A stretch of 63,022 bases of DNA, counting the filler, from an uncultured archaeon (GTDB lineage: Archaea > Iainarchaeota > Iainarchaeia > Iainarchaeales > 1-14-0-10-31-34): the NCBI GenBank assembly GCA_964442255.1. It is 5 parts of 5 records of this genome, joined end to end, with 100 filler letters (N's around TTAATTAATTAA, not from the genome) between each part and the next. Parts side by side here need not be neighbours in the genome. Positions count along the whole stretch, not along the records: positions 48,706 to 61,305 come from CAYTYC010000030.1; positions 61,406 to 63,022 come from CAYTYC010000051.1; 3 more parts are not named here. One strand, given 5' to 3'. Below, in pieces: positions 56,802 to 63,022 of this stretch. Position 1 is the first letter of the stretch. Each line of letters opens with the position of its first letter. The notes beneath the pieces were generated by a model, which saw nothing but the letters and a program-made list of their open reading frames with translations, did no database searches and was not told the origin of the DNA. A program made the translations under genes and the position numbers.

Positions 56802-57056
56802 GCAAGCAAATAGGAAAAAAAGGTTTAAAAGCCTGATTTCAGGGAATTGCTAACAGGGGTTTATAAAAGCCCATAACCGTGTTTTGAAAAACACGAAACA
56901 ACGCCCTTTGCTTTGAATTCCGCCCAAAAAACCAACCAAATTTTCGCCATTACCTGAAACAAATCTGGCACGGTTAGCAGATGCATTTCAGGCCAAAACA
57001 GATTAAAAACAAACATTTATATAATATTTATGCCATTGATTTAATGGTGATTTGCC

Positions 57057-57311
57057 ATGAATTTAAGCTTAGAATTTAAGGGTTACCTGGAGGAGATAAT
57101 TGAGAAAGCTATTTACAAGGGAATAGTTAAAACAAGGGCAGAGGCAATCAGGCTGGGTTTGCTTGAGCTGGACAAGGAATACCGTTTGGTTGAAAGGGAT
57201 TACAGCCCGGCCGATGAACTGCCTTTAAGGGAGGAGTTCATTAAAGAGCTTGCAGGAAGGGGAAAAGAAAAGTCAAAAAGAGCCAAAAGCATTGGCGATT
57301 TGCTTGGGTGA
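57057..57311 (+). CDS. antitoxin (ribbon-helix-helix-like)
   Basis: KTRAEAIRLGL; precedes RelE; TATA at ~57016. Confidence 0.7.
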   Translation: MNLSLEFKGYLEEIIEKAIYKGIVKTRAEAIRLGLLELDKEYRLVERDYSPADELPLREEFIKELAGRGKEKSKRAKSIGDLLG

Positions 57312-57317
57312 TTTAAA

Positions 57318-57587
57318 ACGGCTTATTCTTTAAGGTACCGGGAAAAAGCCAAGCAAGAGATAAAAAGGCACTGCAGGAAAAACAGGGAAATGGAGAAAGC
57401 AGTCAGGAACAAGCTGGAGCAAATACTTGAAAACCCCGAATACTTCAAGCCTTTAAGGAAACCAATGCAGAACCTGAAAAGAGTGCATATAATGAAGAGC
57501 TTTGTATTGGTTTACTCAATCCAAAGAAAGGAAAAAAGCGTTACAATTGAAATATTCAGGCACCATGACGAGGTTTACAGGAGCTGA
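57318..57587 (+). CDS. RelE/ParE family toxin with ACG in the start position
   Basis: AYSLRYREKAKQEIK..KPLRKPMQNLKRVHI..FVLVY..HHDEVY. Confidence 0.75.
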   Translation, partial: TAYSLRYREKAKQEIKRHCRKNREMEKAVRNKLEQILENPEYFKPLRKPMQNLKRVHIMKSFVLVYSIQRKEKSVTIEIFRHHDEVYRS

Positions 57588-57645
57588 ACAAAAAGAGAAC
57601 AAAAACAGGGGCTAACAATAAAGGCTTCATTCCCCTACAGTATAC

Positions 57646-57757
57646 TAAACTACGGCGGGTTAAAGCATGCCGGATTTTTTTTCCCGCAAACGGCCTGACG
57701 GAAACAATTCATTCGCCCATTGAAACAGGCGGGGTTCCCGAAAAGGGGTTTCTAAAA
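57646..57757 (+). mobile_element. ~110-bp miniature element, copy 3
   Basis: Matches copies 1 and 2. Confidence 0.8.
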
Positions 57758-57791
57758 CGAGGAATTAATGTTTGTGCAAACTGCCATCGCA

Positions 57792-58379
57792 TCACTTTTT
57801 CCTTGACTCAATAATGCTTTTCGCTTTTTTCATGAATTTTTCTGTTTTGTCGTACAACTCGCTGAGGTTTTCTTCAAACTTTACTTTTGTTACGTTATAT
57901 TGGACTTCCCGCCTTATCCCCCTGAACAAGTCAAACAATGACAGGCCATTTGAACTGAGGAGCCCTTTTTTGCCGAATTCCTGTTCCAGGTATTTTTGCA
58001 GGCAGTAACGGCTTTTCTCTTTCACTCCGTTCAGGTAAAGCAGGGCTCTCGCGGAGTAAAAGGCGGCGTTGACAAGGCTATTGCCTTGAAGTCAAACAAT
58101 TCGTTTGGGGAATTTTGGGCTCTCGCGGAGTAAAAGGCGGCGTTGACAAGGCTATTGCCTTGAAGTCAAACAATTCGTTTGGGGAATTTTGGGCTCTCGC
58201 GGAGTAAAAGGCGGCGTTGACAAGGCTATTGCGGCCATTTCCTTTTTCATTAAATTAATCAAGTCAAAGCTTTCGTTTAGGAAAAATTCCGCCTGCCGGA
58301 GGCCCTGCAATGCAAGCTTCCCGCTTTTTACGGCTTTTTTGAGCAGGCCTTTTTCAAAGCATTCCTCAACTTCATTCAA
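57792..58379 (-). pseudogene. HEPN domain toxin pseudogene
   Basis: EECFEKGLL..., NAAFYSARALL..GVKEKSRYCL, RREVQY; frameshift plus tandem insertions. Confidence 0.75.
58043..58232. repeat. 42-bp repeat x3 with identical 32-bp spacers (period 74)
   Basis: GGGCTCTCGCGGAGTAAAAGGCGGCGTTGACAAGGCTATTGC at 58043, 58117, 58191. Confidence 0.92.
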
Positions 58380-58929
58380 GCTCTTTTCCCTCCAAAACAA
58401 TTGACTTGTTTCTTATTTCCTGCAATAATTCGGTTTTCTCTTTTTCCATGGACTCAATTCTGTCCTTCGTTAAAACAATTAACTGCACTTCCCTTTTAAG
58501 TTCATTGCTTAACTCTCTCTTGATTTCGCTTATTAAAAGGGAATCCGGCTTTTTTTCAAACAAAACAGCCAAGTCAATGTCGCTGCCCGCAGAGAGTTTC
58601 CCGCTGGCCGCAGTGCCAAACAAGTAAATTCCCGAAGGCTTCAGTTTAACCAGTTTCTTAAAGGCTTTGGCTTCAGCCAGCTTGTTGACAAAAACAATCC
58701 GCAAAATGCATGCAGTCAAAGGGGAAGACTGTTTCAGGCTGAAAAGCTTTCTGTTCTTCTGCCTTGAAGCCAGAACAATTTTCCTGGCTTCCAGCCGCTT
58801 CATTGCCTTGTGGACGCTGCTTGGAGCTAAGCCGGCCTTTTCGGCAAGCTCCCGCAAATAGTATTTCCTATTCAAAAGAAGCTCCAGCAGCCTGAAGGCA
58901 TCCGCATTAAGAAAACAAAAGGGGTTCAT
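58372..58929 (-). CDS. wHTH-MNT nucleotidyltransferase antitoxin
   Basis: YLRELAEKAGL HTH; LFGTAASG..SDIDL. Confidence 0.88.
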   Translation of the reverse strand: MNPFCFLNADAFRLLELLLNRKYYLRELAEKAGLAPSSVHKAMKRLEARKIVLASRQKNRKLFSLKQSSPLTACILRIVFVNKLAEAKAFKKLVKLKPSGIYLFGTAASGKLSAGSDIDLAVLFEKKPDSLLISEIKRELSNELKREVQLIVLTKDRIESMEKEKTELLQEIRNKSIVLEGKELE

Positions 58930-58942
58930 AAAACAACATTAA

Positions 58943-58980
58943 TCGTTCACACATGAAAACATTTCGTTCACACAGAAAAA
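58943..58980. promoter_or_regulatory. putative operator: direct repeat TCGTTCACACA, period 21
   Basis: Copies at 58943 and 58964, just upstream of wHTH-MNT. Confidence 0.5.
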
Positions 58981-59150
58981 CGGTTAGCATTTAAAAATGA
59001 GCGGATTAAGAAAGCCAATAAAACCCCTTGCACGCATATCCATCCAAATCACCCAAAAGTTTTTTAAGCGTATATCCATCAACAATTATTATACTGCTTT
59101 TAGGTTTAAAGCATTAAAAAATTTGAACTTGAATCGGGGGTGTTAAAAAC

Positions 59151-60812
59151 ATGGTTCAAGACCAGACAAACCAGCAGGTGGTGTTCCTCACCGACGGAAC
59201 CAAAAGAGTCAGGGGAAGGGACGCCCAAAGAATAAACATTTTAATAGGCAAGGCCGTGGCAAACGCGGTTAAAAGTACCCTTGGGCCGAGGGGAATGGAC
59301 AAAATGATTGTCGATGAGCTCGGAGATGTGACAATAAGCAACGACGGCGCAACCATTTTGGATGAAATGAGCATAGACCATCCCGCGGGAAAAATGATGG
59401 TCGAGGTGGCAAAGACACAGGATTCAGAGGTAGGGGACGGCACAACCACGGCAGTAGTTCTTGCAGGCGGCCTTCTGCAGAGGGCTGAAGGAATGCTTGA
59501 CGATGAAATCCATCCAAGCATCATAATCAAGGGATACCGGATGGCAGCCAAAAAAGCCAAGGAATTTTACAAAGAAATGGCGGACGACATTTCCTTCAAG
59601 GACACCGCAATTCTCAAGGACATTGCAATGACTTCAATCACAGGAAAAGCCACGGAAGGAAACACGCAGTTGGCGGGATTGGTTGTTGACGCGGTGAAGC
59701 TTGTTGCGGACGAAGAAGACGGAAAAATGTCCATAAACAAGGACCACATCAAAGTTGAAAAAAAGACGGGGGCATCAATGCAGGACTCCCAGCTCATAAA
59801 AGGAATAGTGGTTGACAAGGAGGTAGTGCACAGCGGAATGCCTAAAAAAGTGGAGAACGCAAAAATTGCCCTGGTTGACTCCGCGCTTGAAGTGAAGGAA
59901 ACGGAAACTGACGCAAAAATTGAAATAAATGACCCTTCACAGCTGCAGGCATTCCTTGAACAGGAAGAAGGAATGCTCCGCAAAATGGTTGAAAAAATAA
60001 AGGCAAGCGGGGCAACCGTTGTCATCTGCCAGAAAGGAATTGACGACATGGCACAGCACTTCCTTGCAAAGGAAGGAATCCTTGCAGTGAGGAGGGCAAA
60101 GAAATCCGACATGGACGCTCTTGCAAGGGCAACCGGCGCAAGCATTGTCACAAGACTGGATGACATTAGCGCAGGCGACCTTGGAAAAGCGCAGGCCGTA
60201 GTGGAAAGAACCCTGGCAGGGGATGAAATGGTTTTCGTGGAAGGCTGCAAAAACCCGAAGGCCGTGACATTGCTTGTAAGAGGGGGCTCGGAGCACGTGA
60301 TAGACGAGGCTGAGCGCGCGGTGCAGGATGCCCTTGGCTCTGTGACAACCGCCATTAAGGACGGAAAAATTGTTGCAGGCGGAGGCGCAAGCGAAGTTGA
60401 GGTTGCACTCAAGCTCAGGGACTACGCAAAAACAGTCGGCGGCAGGGAACAGCTTGCAATAGACGCATTCGCGGAAACCCTGGAAATTGTTCCGCGCACC
60501 CTTGCGGAAACCGCGGGAATGGATCCCATTGACACGCTGGTTGGATTGCGCAGCAGGCACAAGGGAAAGGAAGGAAAATACCTTGGGGTTGACGTTTACG
60601 GCGCAAAACTGGAGAACATGAAATCCAAAAAGGTTTTGGAGCCGTTGTCAGTGAAAACCCAGGCCATTACCTCCGCAACAGAGGTCAGCGAAATGATTTT
60701 GCGCATAGACGACCTCATTGCAGGGCAAAGCAAGGGCGGAGCAGGCGGAATGCCTCCCGGCGCCGGTATGCCGGGAGCAGGCGGAATGCCTCCCGGAATG
60801 GGCGACTACTAA
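59151..60812 (+). CDS. thermosome (group II chaperonin) subunit
   Basis: [33 protein letters not shown]-rich tail. Confidence 0.97.
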   Translation: MVQDQTNQQVVFLTDGTKRVRGRDAQRINILIGKAVANAVKSTLGPRGMDKMIVDELGDVTISNDGATILDEMSIDHPAGKMMVEVAKTQDSEVGDGTTTAVVLAGGLLQRAEGMLDDEIHPSIIIKGYRMAAKKAKEFYKEMADDISFKDTAILKDIAMTSITGKATEGNTQLAGLVVDAVKLVADEEDGKMSINKDHIKVEKKTGASMQDSQLIKGIVVDKEVVHSGMPKKVENAKIALVDSALEVKETETDAKIEINDPSQLQAFLEQEEGMLRKMVEKIKASGATVVICQKGIDDMAQHFLAKEGILAVRRAKKSDMDALARATGASIVTRLDDISAGDLGKAQAVVERTLAGDEMVFVEGCKNPKAVTLLVRGGSEHVIDEAERAVQDALGSVTTAIKDGKIVAGGGASEVEVALKLRDYAKTVGGREQLAIDAFAETLEIVPRTLAETAGMDPIDTLVGLRSRHKGKEGKYLGVDVYGAKLENMKSKKVLEPLSVKTQAITSATEVSEMILRIDDLIAGQSKGGAGGMPPGAGMPGAGGMPPGMGDY

Positions 60813-60829
60813 GCCGCCAAACAAACACT

Positions 60830-60872
60830 AAAGGGAATTAAATTCCCTTTCCTTTTTTTTTCTTTTTCTTTC
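60830..60872 (+). terminator. hairpin plus U-tract after the thermosome gene
   Basis: AAAGGGAATT-A-AATTCCCTTT then T runs. Confidence 0.6.
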
Positions 60873-61257
60873 AAAAGACTGACGAATAGTTTTTGGCGTC
60901 AAGAGTACGGACTAAACGGGACTAATCTTTTTGTGTTTTGCACGCAAAAAACATCATTTGGGGCGCCGCTATTTTGCAAGCAACCTTTGGAAACGGGACA
61001 TTCTTGGCATGTATTTAGGCGGAGGAAAGAGGGGTCTTGCCTGGGGTCGTGCGCCGCCTACACCAGAGTTTTCAATTACGGCTCGAACAAATTCTGTCGG
61101 AGGGACTTCAACTTTTATGTGGTCTTTAAATCCATAGGGCCCAAACATATCCCGTTTGCTTCTGCCTGACCCCCTCTGGGCCCATGTGCTAATGCCGCCT
61201 GCATGAATTAAATATTCAGGGGTTCTAAAACTCTTAAATGTTTCTTGTGGAGGCTTG

Positions 61258-61290
61258 AACTACGGTGGGCTGAAGCCCACCGAGTCTTTA
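61258..61290 (+). mobile_element. IS200/IS605-like terminal hairpin near scaffold end
   Basis: AACTACGGTGGGCTGAAGCCCACCG resembles the left end of the 110-bp element. Confidence 0.5.
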
Positions 61291-61305
61291 CTTGAACTGT
61301 AGCAA

Positions 61306-61405
61306 NNNNNNNNNNNNNNNNNNNNNNNNNNNNNNNNNNNNNNNNNNNNTTAATTAATTAANNNNNNNNNNNNNNNNNNNNNNNNNNNNNNNNNNNNNNN
61401 NNNNN
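61306..61405. other. artificial scaffold linker
   Basis: N-run + TTAATTAATTAA + N-run. Confidence 0.97.
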
Positions 61406-62801
61406 CCTGCACAGTGAAGGAAAAAGGAGTCCAGCCTGTTTGCCCTGAAACAAATGCCCCTGGGTTTTTGTTAAAGCCGCACTCTGAGCTGGAATCCCGG
61501 GAATGGTCAGGGAAAAGGCAGGAGGTTTTAATGCTTGTTTTTCCTGTCAAGCCACCGGAGTAAGTGAAGTCAGACTTAATCCAGCCGCTCACCACACAGG
61601 TTTCCCCAAAGGGAACCGCAATATCCTGGAAAGCGTAACGCGAATGGTTTGCATTCCCCCAAATCCTCAAAGAGTTTCCGCTTATGCTGTCCGCTGCATC
61701 CAATTCAACCGCCCCTTCCCTTGCCCAGCCGTCCGGAACGCCGTTTCCCGCCACAGGGTCATCATCACTCCATTCGCTGAAAAAGTCTGTCCCGTTGTCC
61801 AGTTCAAAGCCTCCGTTCCTCAAAAAGTTAGGCCAAATCGGATGGTAGTCTATCCCTCCGCCCGCGCCGGGAATCCCATAGTATTCAGGGTAACCGGGGT
61901 TCAGCTCAAAGTCTCCCCAAAAATTTCCCACGGCACCGGAATTCCAGTCATTTAAGGAGGCGCCATCAATTTCTTGGGCGCTGTTTTTGCCGTTGTTCAG
62001 GAAAGAGTTCTTCCAGAACTTATTGAACCTTGTGCAGGAATACTCAAGGTGTGCGCCGTAATAGTCGTTGCCGCTGAAAACGTTTTCCGTTAGGTTGCAG
62101 TCAGCGGTTGCCATCATAAAAACTCCATAGCGGTTAAAGCTTGAAATGTTTCCCGACAGGAAACTTTTATGCCCGTTCCACAAGGTGAACCCGCTAACGC
62201 TGTTGTTGTTTGAAGTGTTTTCAATTAAAGTGTTGCGGAAACTGTACTTCACGTAAATGCCTTCATGGTTGCGGGCCAAAAAGTTTCCAGACAAAGTGTT
62301 TTCATTGGAGGTGTTGCCCAGGAAAATGCCTGTCCCGCTGAAGCTTATGGAGTTTCCGGAAACCGTGTTGAAAGAACTCCTTCCGAGGCTGATTCCGCTG
62401 CCGTGCCAGCTGAGGGCAACATTGTTGTCATCCAAAAGGTTGTGGTTGCTGTCATTAATGGAAATTCCGCGGTGGCGGTTGTCGTTGACAAAATTTTTCA
62501 CAATTTTGTTGTTGTGGCTCTCACGCAACCCAATGCCTGCGGAAAAGTTTTCAATCCTGCAATTCTTTACAGTTATGCCTTCTTTACCGTCAATGTGGAT
62601 TCCGGTATCCCAAGCATCAAAAGTGCCGTCGCCTTCAATGAGGCGGCCATTGCAGTCAAGGGTTACGTTGTCTGCACCAATAATCAGGCCCCGCATAGGG
62701 CAATCAGGGGGACAAAAGAACACACAACAGCCCAAGCACACAACAGCCCAAGTCTTCAACCACAATAATTGCGCCTTCTTCCCATAAATATTTTGCCTCA
62801 C
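61406..62801 (-). CDS. NosD/CASH parallel beta-helix surface protein with carbohydrate-binding-like domain (partial; N terminus uncertain)
   Basis: ADNVTLDCNG, repeated GI.L..S..N, GNFWGD, NGGFE. Confidence 0.75.
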
Positions 62802-62985
62802 TTTTTCAGCGCATTTTTGTATTGCTTTTCAAACCTTTTCACGAGCAACCTTGCAAGCGCTTCTGCACTGCCTTCATTATCGCATTTTTTTAGTGCATTG
62901 AAGTATCGCTGCTTTTCTTTTGTTTTGATGTCAATCATTTGGCAGCCTGTTCTGCCCAAGATATGATTCATTGCAAGCCTGCCAT
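62798..62985 (-). pseudogene. Fic-domain C-terminal fragment
   Basis: Manual translation GRLAMNHILGRTGCQMIDIKTKEKQRYFNALKKCD; HPFxDGNGR motif absent upstream. Confidence 0.5.
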
Positions 62986-63022
62986 CCAGGCCATTAAAAG
63001 CCGTCAGCCAAACACAAAAACC

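Noticed and set aside
58043..58232. CRISPR array
   Set aside because: Spacers are identical, the repeat is part of the HEPN coding sequence, and no cas genes are present
60931..61205. Small ORFs downstream of the thermosome gene
   Set aside because: Short, on both strands, with no recognisable motifs

Overview
Archaeal genomic DNA, most consistent with a DPANN lineage such as Diapherotrites/Iainarchaeota. This is inferred from gene content: histones, thermosome, Hef, deoxyhypusine synthase, L1-L10-L12 and intron-containing tRNAs. The window joins five scaffold pieces through artificial N-TTAATTAATTAA-N linkers (17203, 32910, 48606, 61306), so synteny across these points is not real. Two internal 100-N gaps are also present. 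Most genes are housekeeping: proS, cysS, nadE-nadC-nadD, cmk, hef, trmJ, dys, arcC, speB-pdaD, trpB2, thermosome. Highlights: (1) an operon encoding an MscS-like channel fused to an intact C39 peptidase, followed by one apparently inactive and one intact RimK-type ATP-grasp ligase; (2) an SMC ATPase with no recognisable hinge; (3) a ParB/SerK-like gene coupled to trpB2; (4) tRNA-Trp with a 216-nt intron carrying repeats and two D-stem-C motifs, and tRNA-Gly(CCC) with a 126-nt intron; (5) 74-75 bp repeat-insert-repeat duplications inside cysS and a HEPN gene; (6) several families of tiny palindromic mobile-element derivatives; (7) two TA modules whose toxins appear crippled. All family calls come from motif recognition by eye; no searches were run.
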